From Bugula neritina (taxonomy: Eukaryota > Animalia > Bryozoa): a DNA stretch of 64,000 nt. The notes beneath the pieces were generated by a model, which was not told the origin of the DNA, ran no database searches, and was given only the letters and a program-made list of their open reading frames with translations. Location: NCBI GenBank assembly GCA_964035545.1, contig CAXIUT010000230.1:1364001-1428000 (forward strand). The letters run 5' to 3'. Positions 1 through 16,900 of the stretch are shown here, one piece after another (positions within the stretch are counted from its first letter, which is position 1; each line of letters starts with the position of its first letter). The position numbers and the translations under genes are program-made.

Positions 1-3000
1 AACTGCGACACGTTGAAAATTACTGAAACATACTGAAATATACTGCGACGCCTTAAAATATACTGCAACATACTGAAATAGACTGCAAGTGGTGCAACAT
101 ACTGAAATACACTGTGACACACTGAAATACACTGCAACATACCGCAACATACTGCAACATACTGAAATACACTGTAACCTATTGAAATACACTGCATCAT
201 ACTGCAACATACTGAAAAACACTGGAACATATTGATATACACTGCAACTCATTGAAATATACTGCAACACACTGCAACATACGGCAGCATACCGAAATAT
301 ACTGCGACACCTTGAAAAATACTGCAACATACTGAAATATACTGCAAGTGTTGCAGCATACTGAAATACACTGTGACATACTGAAATACACTGCAACATA
401 CTGCAAGATATTGCAACGTACGGAAATACAGTGTAACTTATTGAATTACACTGCATCATACTGCAACATACTGAGATACACTGGAACATATTGATATACA
501 CTGCAATACATTGAAATATACTGCAACACACTGAACCATATGGCAACACACCGAAATTAACTGCGACACACTGAAAAATACTGCAACATACGAATTATAC
601 TTCAAGTGGTGCAACATACTGAAATACAATGTGACACACTGAAATACACTGCAACATACTGCAACATACTGCAACATACTGAAATATACTGCGACACATT
701 AAAATATACTGCAACATATTGAAATATACTGAAACATACTGCAACATGCTGAAATATACTGCAACATACTGAAATACACTATAACATATTGAAATATACT
801 GCAACCTACTGAATTACACTCCAACATACTGAAATATGCTGTCGCATACTGAAATACACTGCAACACACTGAAGTATACTGTAATACACTAAAATGTGAT
901 GCAACATACAGAATTATACTGCAAGATACTCAATCAGACTGTGACATACTGAAGTACACTGCAACATACTGCAAGATACTGCAATATACTGAAATACACT
1001 GTAACATACTGAAATACATTGCAACGCATTAAAATATACTGCAACACACTGAAACATACGGCAATATACCGAAATACACTGCGACACTCTGAAAAATACT
1101 GTAAATACTGCAACATACTGAGATACACTGGAACATATTGATATACACTGCAACACATTGAAATATACTGCAACACACTGAACCATATGGCAACATACCG
1201 AAATTAACTGCGACACACTGAAAAATACTGCAACATACGAATTATACTTCAAGTGGTGCAACATACTGAAATACAATGTGACACACTGAAATACACTGCA
1301 ACATACTGCAACATACTGAAATATACTGCGACACATTAAAATATACTGCAACATATTGAAATATACTGAAACATACTGCAACATGCTGAAATATACTGCA
1401 ACATACTGAAATACACTATAACATATTGAAATATACTGCAACCTACTGAATTACACTCTAACATTCTGAAATATGCTGTCGCATACTGAAATACACTGCA
1501 ACACACTGAAGTATACTGTAATACACTAAAATGTGATGCAACATACTGAATTATACTGCAACATAGTGCAACATACTGAAATACACAGTTATATATTGAA
1601 ATACACTGCGACACATTGAAATATACTGCAACATACTGAAATATACTGCAAGATACTGCAACATACTGAAATAGACTGTGACATACTGAAATACACTGCA
1701 CAATACTGCAAGAAACTGCAACGTACTGAAATACACCGTAACATATTGAAATACACTGCATCATACTGCAACATACTCACATACACTGGAACATATTTAT
1801 ATACACTGCAACACATTGAAATATACTGCAACACGCGGAACCATTCAGCAACATACCGAAATATACTGCGACACAGTGAAAAATACGGCAACATACTGAA
1901 ATATACTGCAAATGATGCACATACTGAAATACAATGTGACACACTGAAATACACTGCAACATACTGCAACATACTGCAACATACTGAAATACACTGTAAC
2001 ATATTGAAATACACTGCATAATACTGCAACATACTGAAATACACTGGAACATATTGATATACACTGCAACGCATTGAAATATTCTGTAACATAATGAAAC
2101 AAACCGGAACATACTGCTACTTAATAAAATGTACTGTAACACACTGAAATATACTGCAAGATACTGAAATATACTGCAAGTGGTGCAACATACTGAAATA
2201 CACTGTGACACACTGAAATACACTGCAACATAATGCAACATACTGTACCATACTGAAATACACTGTAACATATCGAATTACACTGCAACATACTGCAACA
2301 TACTGAAATATACTGCAACATACTGCAACATACTGAAATACACTGCAACATACTGAATTACATTGCAACACATTAAAATATACTGCAACATACTGAAACA
2401 TACTGCAACATACCGAAATATACTGCAACATACTGAAATACACATTAACATATTGAAATATACTGCAACATACTGAATTACTCTCCAACATACTGAAATA
2501 TGCTGTAGCATACTGAAATACACTGCAACACACTGAACTATACTGTAATACACTGAAATGTAATGCAACATACTGAATTATACTGCAACATAGTGCAACA
2601 TAGTGAAATACACCACAACATACTGCAACATACTGAAATACACTGGAATATTTTGAAATACACTGCGACACATTGAAATACACTGCAACATACTGAATTA
2701 TACTGCAAGATACTGCAAGATACTGAATCAGACTGTGACATACTGAAGTACACTGCAACATACTGCAAGATACTGCAATATACTGAAATACACTGTAACA
2801 TACTGAAATACATTGCAACGCATTAAAATATACTGCAACACCCTGAAACATACGGCATTATACCGAAATACACTGCGACACCCTGAAAAATACTGTAAAT
2901 ACTGAAATCTACTGTAAGTGGTGCAACATACTGAAATACACTGTAACACACTGAAAAACACTGCAATACACTGCAACATACTGCAACATACTGAAATACA

Positions 3001-6000
3001 CTGTAACATATTGAAATACTCTGCAACATACTGCAACATACTGAAATAAACTGGAACATATTGGAATACACTGCAACACATTGAAATATACAGCAACACA
3101 CTGAAACATACGGCAACATACTGAGATATACTGCGACGCCTTAAAATATACTGCAACATACTGAAATATAATGCAACATACTGCAACATACTAAAATACA
3201 CTGTAACATACTGAAATACATTGCAACACATTAAAATATACTGCAACATACTGAAACATACCGCAACAAACTGAAATACACTGCAACATACTGAAAAACA
3301 CTATAACATATTGAAATATACTGCAACATACTGAATTACTCTCTAACATACTGAATCATGCTGTAACATATTGAAATACACTGCATCATACTGCAACATA
3401 CTGAAATACACTCGAACATACTGAAGTACACTGAAATACACTGTAACATATTGAAACACATTGCAAAACATCGAAATATACTGCAACATACTGAAACATA
3501 CTGCAACAAACTGAAATACACTGCAACATACTGAAAAACACTATAACATATTGAAATATACTGCATCATACTGAAATACACTGCCACACACTGAAGTATA
3601 CTGTAATATACAGAAATGTACTGTAACATACTGAAACATACGGCAACATACTGAAATGTACTGCAACATACTGAAATATACTGTAAGTGGTGCAACATAC
3701 TGAAATACACTGTGACACACTGAAATACACTGCAACACACTGCAACATACTGCAACATACTGAAATACACTGTAACATATTGAAATACACTGCAACATAC
3801 TGCAACATACTGAACAATACTGGAACATATTGGAATGCACTGCAACACATTGAAATATACTGCAACATACTGAAACATACGGCAACATACTGAAATACAC
3901 TGCAACATACTGCAACATACTAAAATACACTGTAACATACTGAAATATATTGCAACACATTAAAATATACTGCAACATACTGAAACATACTGCAACAAAC
4001 TGAAATACACTGTAACACACTGAAAAACACTGCAATACACTGCAACATACTGAAATACACTGTAACATATTGAAATACTCTGCAACATACTGCAACATAC
4101 TGAAATAAACTGGAACATATTGGAATACACTGCAACACATTGAAATATACTGCAACACGCTGAAACATACGGCAACATACTGAGGTATACTGCGACGCCT
4201 TAAAATATACTGCAACATACTGAAATATACTGAAACATACTGCAACATGCTGAAATATACTGCAACATACTGAAATACACTATAACATATTGAAATATAC
4301 TGCAACCTACTTAATTACACTCTAACATACTGAAATATGCTGTCGCATACTGAAATACACTGCAACACACTGAAGTATACTGTAATACACTAAAATGTGA
4401 TGCAACATACTGAATTATACTGCAACATAGTGCAACATACTGAAATACACAGTTACATATTGAAATACACTGCGACACATTGAAATATACTGCAACATAC
4501 TGAAATATACTGAAACATACTGCAACATGCTGAAATATACTGCAACATACTGAAATACACTATAACATATTGAAATATACTGCAACCTACTGAATTACAC
4601 TCTAACATACTGAAATATGCTGTCGCATACTGAAATACAATGCAACACACTGAAGTATACTGTAATACACTAAAATGTGATGCAACATACTGAATTATAC
4701 TGCAACATAGTGCAACATACTGAAATACACAGTTACATATTGAAATACACTGCGACACATTGAAATATACTGCAACATACTGAAATATACTGCAAGATAC
4801 TGCAACATACTGAAATAGACTGTGACATACTGAAATACACTGCACAATACTGCAAGAAACTGCAACATACTCACATACACTGGAACATATTTATATACAC
4901 TGCAACACATTGAAATATACTGCAACACACGGAACCATTCAGCAACATACCGAAATATACTGCGACACAGTGAAAAATAAGGCAACATACTGAAATATAC
5001 TGCAAATGATGCACATACTGAAATACAATGTGACACACTGGAATACACTGCAACATACTGCAACATACTGCAACATACTGAAATACACTGTAACATATTG
5101 AAATACACTGCATCATACTGCAACATACTGAAAAACACTGGAACATATTTATATACACTGCAACTCATTGAAATATACTGCAACACACTGCAACATACGG
5201 CAGCATACCGAAATATACTGCGACACCTTGAAAAATACTGCAACATACTGAAATATACTGCAAGTGGTGCAACATACTGAAATACACTGTGACATACTGA
5301 AATACACTGCAACATACTGCAAGATATTGCAACGTACGGAAATACAGTGTAACTTATTGAATTACACTGCATCATACTGCAACATACTGAGATACACTGG
5401 AACATATTAATATACACTGCAAAACATTGAAATATATTGCAACACACTGAACCATATGGCAACATACCGAAGTTTACTGCGACACACTGAAAAATACTGC
5501 AACATACGAATTATACTTCAAGTGGTGCAACATACTGAAATACAATGTGACACACTGAAATACACTCCAACATACTGCAACATACTGCAACATACTGAAA
5601 TATTGTGCGACACATTGAAATATACTGCAACATATTGAAATATACTGTAACATACTGCAACATACTAAAATACACTGCAACATACTGAAATACATTGCAA
5701 CACATTAAAATATACTGCGACATACTGAAACATACTGCAACATGCTGAAATATACTACAACATACTGAAATACACTATAACATATTGAAATATACTGCGA
5801 CATACTGAATTACACTCTAACATACTGAAATATGCTCTAGCATACTGAAATACACTGCAACACACTGTAGTATACTGTAATACACTGAAATGTGAAGCAA
5901 CATACTGAATTATACTGCAACATAGTGCAACATACTGAAATACACTACAACAAACTGCAACATACTGAAACACACTGGAACATATTGAAATACACTGCGA

Positions 6001-9000
6001 CACATTGAAACATACTGCAACATTCTGAATTATACTGCAACATACTGCAACATACTGAAATACACTGTAACAAAAAGAAATATGCTGTAGCACACTGAAG
6101 TATTCTATAATATACTGAAATGTATTGCAACATACCGAAATATACCGCAACGCATTGAATTACACTGTGACATATTGAAATATACCGCAACATACTGAAA
6201 TGTAGTGTAATATGCAGAAATGTACTGTAACATACTGAAATATACTGTAACACACTGAAGTATACTCTAACATACCGAAATACACTGTAACATACTGAAA
6301 TATACTGCAACATACTGCAACATACTGAATTACACTTGAACATAATGAAATACACTGCAACACATTGAAATATACTGCAACATATCAAAATGAATGGTAA
6401 ACTAGTAAAATTTACTGTAACATAATGAAACATACCGGAACATACTGCAACATAACAAAATATAGTGCAACACATTGAAATATACGGCAACATACCGAAA
6501 TATACTGCAACACGTTGAAAAATACTGCAACATACGAAATATACTGCAAGTGGTGCAACATACTGAAATACAATGTGACACACTGGAATACTCTGCAACA
6601 TACTGCAACATACTGCAACATACTGAAATACACTGTAACAAAAAGAAATATGCTGTAGCACACTGAAGTATTCTATAATATACTGAAATGCAATGTGACA
6701 CACTGAAATACACTGCAACATACTGCAACAGACTGAAATATTTTGCGACACATTGAAATATACTGCAACATATTGAAATACACTGTAACATACTGCAACA
6801 TACTAAAATGCACTGCAACATACTGAAATACATTGCAACACATTAAAATATACTGCGACATACTGAAACATAATGCAACATACTGAAATACACTATAACA
6901 TATTGAAATATACTGCAACATAGTGAATTACACTCTAACATACTGAAATATGCTGTAGCATACTGAAATACACTGCAACACACTGAAGTATACTGTAATA
7001 CACTGAAATGTAATGCAACTTACTGAATTATACTGCAACATAGTGCAACATACTGAAATACACTACAACATACTGCAACATACTGAAATACACTGGAACA
7101 TATTGAAATACACTGCGACACATTGAAACATACTGCAACATACTGAAATATACTGCAAGATACTGCAACATACTGAAACAGACTGTGACATACTGAAATA
7201 CACTGCAACATACTGCAAGATACCGCAACCTACTGAAATACACTGTAACATATTGAAATACACTGCATCATACTGCAACATACTGAATTACACTGGAACA
7301 TATTGATATACACTGCAACACATTGAAATATACTGCAACACACTGAAACATGCGGCAATATACCGAAATATATTGCGACACCTTGAAAAATACTGCAACA
7401 TACGAAATATACTGCAAGTGGTGCAACATACTGAAATACAATGTGACACACTAGAATACACTGCAACATACTGCAACATACTGCAACATACTGAAATACA
7501 CTGTATCATATTGAAATACACTGCATCATACTGCAACATACTGAAAAACACTGGAACATATTGGTATACACTGCAACTCATTGAAATATACTGCAACACA
7601 CTGCAACATACGGCAGCATACAGAAATATACTGCGACACCTTGAAAAATACTGCAACATACTGAAATAGACTGCAAGTAGTGCAACATACTGAAATACAC
7701 TGTGACACACTGAAATACACTGCAACATACTGCAACAAACTGCAACATACTGAAATATTGTGCGACACATTGAAATATACTGCAACATATTGAAATATAC
7801 TGTAACATACTGCAACATACTAAAATACACTGCAACATACTGAAATACATTGCAACACATTAAAATATACTGCGACATACTGAAACATACTGCAACATGC
7901 TGAAATATACTGCAACATACTGAAATACACTATAACATATTGAAATATACTGCAACATACTGAATTACACTCTAACATACTGAAATATGCTGTAGCATAC
8001 TGAAATACACTGCAACACACTGAAGTATACTGTTTTACACTGAAATGTAATGCAACATACTGAATTATACTGCAACATAGTGCAACATACTGAAATACAC
8101 TGTGACACACTGAAATACACTGAAATATAATGCAACATACTGCAACATACTGAAATACACTGTAACATATCGAAATACACTGCAACATACTGCAACATAC
8201 TGCAACATACTGAAATACACCGTAACATATCGAAATACACTGCAACATACTGCAACATACTGAAATGCACCGAAACATAATGGAATACCCTGCAACAAAT
8301 TGAAATATACTGCAACAGACTGAAACATAAGGTAACACAATGAAGTATACTGCGACACATTAAACTATACTGCAACATACTGAAGTATACTGCAACATAC
8401 TGAAATGTAATGTAACATACAGAAATGTACTGTAACATACTGAAATATACTGTAACAGACTGAAATATACTCCAACATACCGAAATACACTGTAACATAC
8501 TGAAATATACTGCAACATACTGCAACATACTGAATTACACTTGAACATAATGAAATACACTGCAACACATTGAAATATACTGCAACATATCGAAATGAAT
8601 GGTAAACTAGTGTAATATACTGTAACATAATGAAACATACCGGGACATACTGCAACGTAATAAAGTATAGTGTAACACACTGAAATATGCGGCAACATAC
8701 CGAAATATACTGCAAAACGTTCAAAAATACTGCAACATACTGAAATATACTGCAACATGCTGCAACATACTGAAATACACTGGAACATATTGAACTCCAC
8801 TACAACACTCTGAAATATACTGCAACACACTGAAACATACGGCAACATACCGAAATAAACTGCGACACGTTGAAAATTACTGAAACATACTGAAATATAC
8901 TGCGACGCCTTAAAATATACTGCAACATACTGAAATAGACTGCAAGTGGTGCAACATACTGAAATACACTGTGACACACTGAAATACACTGCAACATACC

Positions 9001-12000
9001 GCAACATACTGCAACATACTGAAATACACTGTAACCTATTGAAATACACTGCATCATACTGCAACATACTGAAAAACACTGGAACATATTGATATACACT
9101 GCAACTCATTGAAATATACTGCAACACACTGCAACATACGGCAGCATACCGAAATATACTGCGACACCTTGAAAAATACTGCAACATACTGAAATATACT
9201 GCAAGTGTTGCAGCATACTGAAATACACTGTGACATACTGAAATACACTGCAACATACTGCAAGATATTGCAACGTACGGAAATACAGTGTAACTTATTG
9301 AATTACACTGCATCATACTGCAACATACTGAGATACACTGGAACATATTGATATACACTGCAATACATTGAAATATACTGCAACACACTGAACCATATGG
9401 CAACACACCGAAATTAACTGCGACACACTGAAAAATACTGCAACATACGAATTATACTTCAAGTGGTGCAACATACTGAAATACAATGTGACACACTGAA
9501 ATACACTGCAACATACTGCAACATACTGCAACATACTGAAATATACTGCGACACATTAAAATATACTGCAACATATTGAAATATACTGAAACATACTGCA
9601 ACATGCTGAAATATACTGCAACATACTGAAATACACTATAACATATTGAAATATACTGCAACCTACTGAATTACACTCCAACATACTGAAATATGCTGTC
9701 GCATACTGAAATACACTGCAACACACTGAAGTATACTGTAATACACTAAAATGTGATGCAACATACAGAATTATACTGCAAGATACTCAATCAGACTGTG
9801 ACATACTGAAGTACACTGCAACATACTGCAAGATACTGCAATATACTGAAATACACTGTAACATACTGAAATACATTGCAACGCATTAAAATATACTGCA
9901 ACACACTGAAACATACGGCAATATACCGAAATACACTGCGACACTCTGAAAAATACTGTAAATACTGCAACATACTGAGATACACTGGAACATATTGATA
10001 TACACTGCAACACATTGAAATATACTGCAACACACTGAACCATATGGCAACATACCGAAATTAACTGCGACACACTGAAAAATACTGCAACATACGAATT
10101 ATACTTCAAGTGGTGCAACATACTGAAATACAATGTGACACACTGAAATACACTGCAACATACTGCAACATACTGAAATATACTGCGACACATTAAAATA
10201 TACTGCAACATATTGAAATATACTGAAACATACTGCAACATGCTGAAATATACTGCAACATACTGAAATACACTATAACATATTGAAATATACTGCAACC
10301 TACTGAATTACACTCTAACATTCTGAAATATGCTGTCGCATACTGAAATACACTGCAACACACTGAAGTATACTGTAATACACTAAAATGTGATGCAACA
10401 TACTGAATTATACTGCAACATAGTGCAACATACTGAAATACACAGTTATATATTGAAATACACTGCGACACATTGAAATATACTGCAACATACTGAAATA
10501 TACTGCAAGATACTGCAACATACTGAAATAGACTGTGACATACTGAAATACACTGCACAATACTGCAAGAAACTGCAACGTACTGAAATACACCGTAACA
10601 TATTGAAATACACTGCATCATACTGCAACATACTCACATACACTGGAACATATTTATATACACTGCAACACATTGAAATATACTGCAACACGCGGAACCA
10701 TTCAGCAACATACCGAAATATACTGCGACACAGTGAAAAATACGGCAACATACTGAAATATACTGCAAATGATGCACATACTGAAATACAATGTGACACA
10801 CTGAAATACACTGCAACATACTGCAACATACTGCAACATACTGAAATACACTGTAACATATTGAAATACACTGCATAATACTGCAACATACTGAAATACA
10901 CTGGAACATATTGATATACACTGCAACGCATTGAAATATTCTGTAACATAATGAAACAAACCGGAACATACTGCTACTTAATAAAATGTACTGTAACACA
11001 CTGAAATATACTGCAAGATACTGAAATATACTGCAAGTGGTGCAACATACTGAAATACACTGTGACACACTGAAATACACTGCAACATAATGCAACATAC
11101 TGTACCATACTGAAATACACTGTAACATATCGAATTACACTGCAACATACTGCAACATACTGAAATATACTGCAACATACTGCAACATACTGAAATACAC
11201 TGCAACATACTGAATTACATTGCAACACATTAAAATATACTGCAACATACTGAAACATACTGCAACATACCGAAATATACTGCAACATACTGAAATACAC
11301 ATTAACATATTGAAATATACTGCAACATACTGAATTACTCTCCAACATACTGAAATATGCTGTAGCATACTGAAATACACTGCAACACACTGAACTATAC
11401 TGTAATACACTGAAATGTAATGCAACATACTGAATTATACTGCAACATAGTGCAACATAGTGAAATACACCACAACATACTGCAACATACTGAAATACAC
11501 TGGAATATTTTGAAATACACTGCGACACATTGAAATACACCGCAACATACTGCAACATACTGAAATACACTGGAATATTTTGAAATACACTGCGACACAT
11601 TGAAATACACTGCAACATACTGAATTATACTGCAAGATACTGCAAGATACTGAATCAGACTGTGACATACTGAAGTACACTGCAACATACTGCAAGATAC
11701 TGCAATATACTGAAATACACTGTAACATACTGAAATACATTGCAACGCATTAAAATATACTGCAACACCCTGAAACATACGGCATTATACCGAAATACAC
11801 TGCGACACCCTGAAAAATACTGTAAATACTGAAATCTACTGTAAGTGGTGCAACATACTGAAATACACTGTAACACACTGAAAAACACTGCAATACACTG
11901 CAACATACTGCAACATACTGAAATACACTGTAACATATTGAAATACTCTGCAACATACTGCAACATACTGAAATAAACTGGAACATATTGGAATACACTG

Positions 12001-13967
12001 CAACACATTGAAATATACAGCAACACACTGAAACATACGGCAACATACTGAGATATACTGCGACGCCTTAAAATATACTGCAACATACTGAAATATAATG
12101 CAACATACTGCAACATACTAAAATACACTGTAACATACTGAAATACATTGCAACACATTAAAATATACTGCAACATACTGAAACATACCGCAACAAACTG
12201 AAATACACTGCAACATACTGAAAAACACTATAACATATTGAAATATACTGCAACATACTGAATTACTCTCTAACATACTGAATCATGCTGTAACATATTG
12301 AAATACACTGCATCATACTGCAACATACTGAAATACACTCGAACATACTGAAGTACACTGAAATACACTGTAACATATTGAAACACATTGCAAAACATCG
12401 AAATATACTGCAACATACTGAAACATACTGCAACAAACTGAAATACACTGCAACATACTGAAAAACACTATAACATATTGAAATATACTGCATCATACTG
12501 AAATACACTGCCACACACTGAAGTATACTGTAATATACAGAAATGTACTGTAACATACTGAAACATACGGCAACATACTGAAATGTACTGCAACATACTG
12601 AAATATACTGTAAGTGGTGCAACATACTGAAATACACTGTGACACACTGAAATACACTGCAACACACTGCAACATACTGCAACATACTGAAATACACTGT
12701 AACATATTGAAATACACTGCAACATACTGCAACATACTGAACAATACTGGAACATATTGGAATGCACTGCAACACATTGAAATATACTGCAACATACTGA
12801 AACATACGGCAACATACTGAAATACACTGCAACATACTGCAACATACTAAAATACACTGTAACATACTGAAATATATTGCAACACATTAAAATATACTGC
12901 AACATACTGAAACATACTGCAACAAACTGAAATACACTGTAACACACTGAAAAACACTGCAATACACTGCAACATACTGAAATACACTGTAACATATTGA
13001 AATACTCTGCAACATACTGCAACATACTGAAATAAACTGGAACATATTGGAATACACTGCAACACATTGAAATATACTGCAACACGCTGAAACATACGGC
13101 AACATACTGAGGTATACTGCGACGCCTTAAAATATACTGCAACATACTGAAATATACTGAAACATACTGCAACATGCTGAAATATACTGCAACATACTGA
13201 AATACACTATAACATATTGAAATATACTGCAACCTACTTAATTACACTCTAACATACTGAAATATGCTGTCGCATACTGAAATACACTGCAACACACTGA
13301 AGTATACTGTAATACACTAAAATGTGATGCAACATACTGAATTATACTGCAACATAGTGCAACATACTGAAATACACAGTTACATATTGAAATACACTGC
13401 GACACATTGAAATATACTGCAACATACTGAAATATACTGAAACATACTGCAACATGCTGAAATATACTGCAACATACTGAAATACACTATAACATATTGA
13501 AATATACTGCAACCTACTGAATTACACTCTAACATACTGAAATATGCTGTCGCATACTGAAATACAATGCAACACACTGAAGTATACTGTAATACACTAA
13601 AATGTGATGCAACATACTGAATTATACTGCAACATAGTGCAACATACTGAAATACACAGTTACATATTGAAATACACTGCGACACATTGAAATATACTGC
13701 AACATACTGAAATATACTGCAAGATACTGCAACATACTGAAATAGACTGTGACATACTGAAATACACTGCACAATACTGCAAGAAACTGCAACATACTCA
13801 CATACACTGGAACATATTTATATACACTGCAACACATTGAAATATACTGCAACACACGGAACCATTCAGCAACATACCGAAATATACTGCGACACAGTGA
13901 AAAATAAGGCAACATACTGAAATATACTGCAAATGATGCACATACTGAAATACAATGTGACACACTG
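1..13967. repeat. Higher-order duplication, period 8857 bp (8927 bp after a 70-bp insertion near 11.5 kb); about 1-5040 is copied at about 8858-13967
   Basis: Position 1 (aactgcgacacgttgaaaattactg) recurs at 8858. Identical ORF translations lie at offsets 8857 (197/9054, 914/9771, 1746/10603) and 8927 (2728/11655, 3541/12468, 4453/13380). Confidence 0.92.
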
Positions 13968-16900
13968 AAATACACTGCAACATACTGCAACATACTGCAA
14001 CATACTGAAATACACTGTAACATATTGAAATACACTGCATAATACTGCAACATACTGAAATACACTGGAACATATTGATATACACTGCAACGCATTGAAA
14101 TATTCTGTAACATAATGAAACAAACCGGAACATACTGCTACTTAATAAAATGTACTGTAACACACTGAAATATACTGCAAGATACTGAAATATACTGCGA
14201 CACGTTGAAAAATACTGCAACATACTGAAATATACTGCAAGTGGTGCAACATACTGAAATACACTGTGACACACTGAAATACACTGCAACATAATGCAAC
14301 ATACTGTACCATACTGAAATACACTGTAACATATCGAATTACACTGCAACATACTGCAACATACTGAAATATACTGCAACATACTGCAACATACTGAAAT
14401 ACACTGCAACATACTGAATTACATTGCAACACATTAAAATATACTGCAACATACTGAAACATACTGCAACATACCGAAATATACTGCAACATACTGAAAT
14501 ACACATTAACATATTGAAATATACTGCAACATACTGAATTGCTCTCTAACATACTGAAATATGCTGTAGCATACTGAAATACACTGCAACACACTGAAGT
14601 ATACTGTAATACACTGAAATGTAATGCAACATACTGAATTATACTGCAACATAGTGCAACATAGTGAAATACACCACAACATACTGCAACATACTGAAAT
14701 ACACTGGAATATTTTGAAATACACTGCGACACATTGAAATACACTGCAACATACTGAATTATACTGCAAGATACTGAATCAGACTGTGACATACTGAAGT
14801 ACACTGCAACATACTGCAAGATACTGCAATATACTGAAATACACTGTAACATACTGAAATACATTGCAACGCATTAAAATATACTGCAACACACTGAAAC
14901 ATACGGCAATATACCGAAATACACTGCGACACCCTGAAAAATACTGTAAATACTGCAACATACTGAGACACACTGGAACATATTGATATACACTGCAACA
15001 CATTGAAATATACTGCAACACACTGAACCATATGGCAACATACCGAAATTAACTGCGACACACTGAAAAATACTGCAACATACGAATTATACTTCAAGTG
15101 GTGCAACATACTGAAATACAATGTGACACACTGAAATACACTGCAACATACTGCAACATACTGAAATATACTGCGACACATTAAAATATACTGCAACATA
15201 TTGAAATATACTGAAACATACTGCAACATGCTGAAATATACTGCAACATACTGAAATACACTATAACATATTGAAATATACTGCAACCTACTGAATTACA
15301 CTCTAACATACTGAAATATGCTGTCGCATACTGAAGTATACTGTAATACACTAAAATGTGATGCAACATACTGAATTATACTGCAACATAGTGCAACATA
15401 CTGAAATACACAGTTATATATTGAAATACACTGCGACACATTGAAATATACTGCAACATACTGAAATATACTGCAAGATACTGCAACATACTGAAATAGA
15501 CTGTGACATACTGAAATACACTGCACAATACTGCAAGAAACTGCAACGTACTGAAATACACCGTAACATATTGAAATACACTGCATCATACTGCAACATA
15601 CTCACATACACTGGAACATATTTATATACACTGCAACACATTGAAATATACTGCAACACACGGAACCATTCAGCAACATACCGAAATATACTGCGACACA
15701 GTGAAAAATACGGCAACATACTGAAATATACTGCAAATGATGCACATACTGAAATACAATGTGACACACTGAAATACACTGCAACATACTGCAACATACT
15801 GCAACATACTGAAATACACTGTAACATATTGAAATACACTGCATAATACTGCAACATACTGAAATACACTGGAACATATTGATATACACTGCAACGCATT
15901 GAAATATTCTGTAACATAATGAAACAAACCGGAACATACTGCTACTTAATAAAATGTACTGTAACACACTGAAATATACTGCAAGATACTGAAATATACT
16001 GCAAGTGGTGCAACATACTGAAATACACTGTGACACACTGAAATACACTGCAACATAATGCAACATACTGTACCATACTGAAATACACTGTAACATATCG
16101 AATTACACTGCAACATACTGCAACATACTGAAATATACTGCAACATACTGCAACATACTGAAATACACTGGAATATTTTGAAATACACTGCGACACATTG
16201 AAATACACTGCAACATACTGAATTATACTGCAAGATACTGCAAGATACTGAATCAGACTGTGACATACTGAAGTACACTGCAACATACTGCAAGATACTG
16301 CAATATACTGAAATACACTGTAACATACTGAAATACATTGCAACGCATTAAAATATACTGCAACACCCTGAAACATACGGCAATATACCGAAATACACTG
16401 CGACACCCTGAAAAATACTGTAAATACTGAAATCTACTGTAAGTGGTGCAACATACTGAAATACACTGTAACACACTGAAAAACACTGCAATACACTGCA
16501 ACATACTGCAACATACTGAAATACACTGTAACATATTGAAATACTCTGCAACATACTGCAACATACTGAAATAAACTGGAACATATTGGAATACACTGCA
16601 ACACATTGAAATATACAGCAACACACTGAAACATACGGCAACATACTGAGATATACTGCGACGCCTTAAAATATACTGCAACATACTGAAATATAATGCA
16701 ACATACTGCAACATACTAAAATACACTGTAACATACTGAAATACATTGCAACACATTAAAATATACTGCAACATACTGAAACATACCGCAACAAACTGAA
16801 ATACACTGCAACATACTGAAAAACACTATAACATATTGAAATATACTGCAACATACTGAATTACTCTCTAACATACTGAATCATGCTGTAACATATTGAA

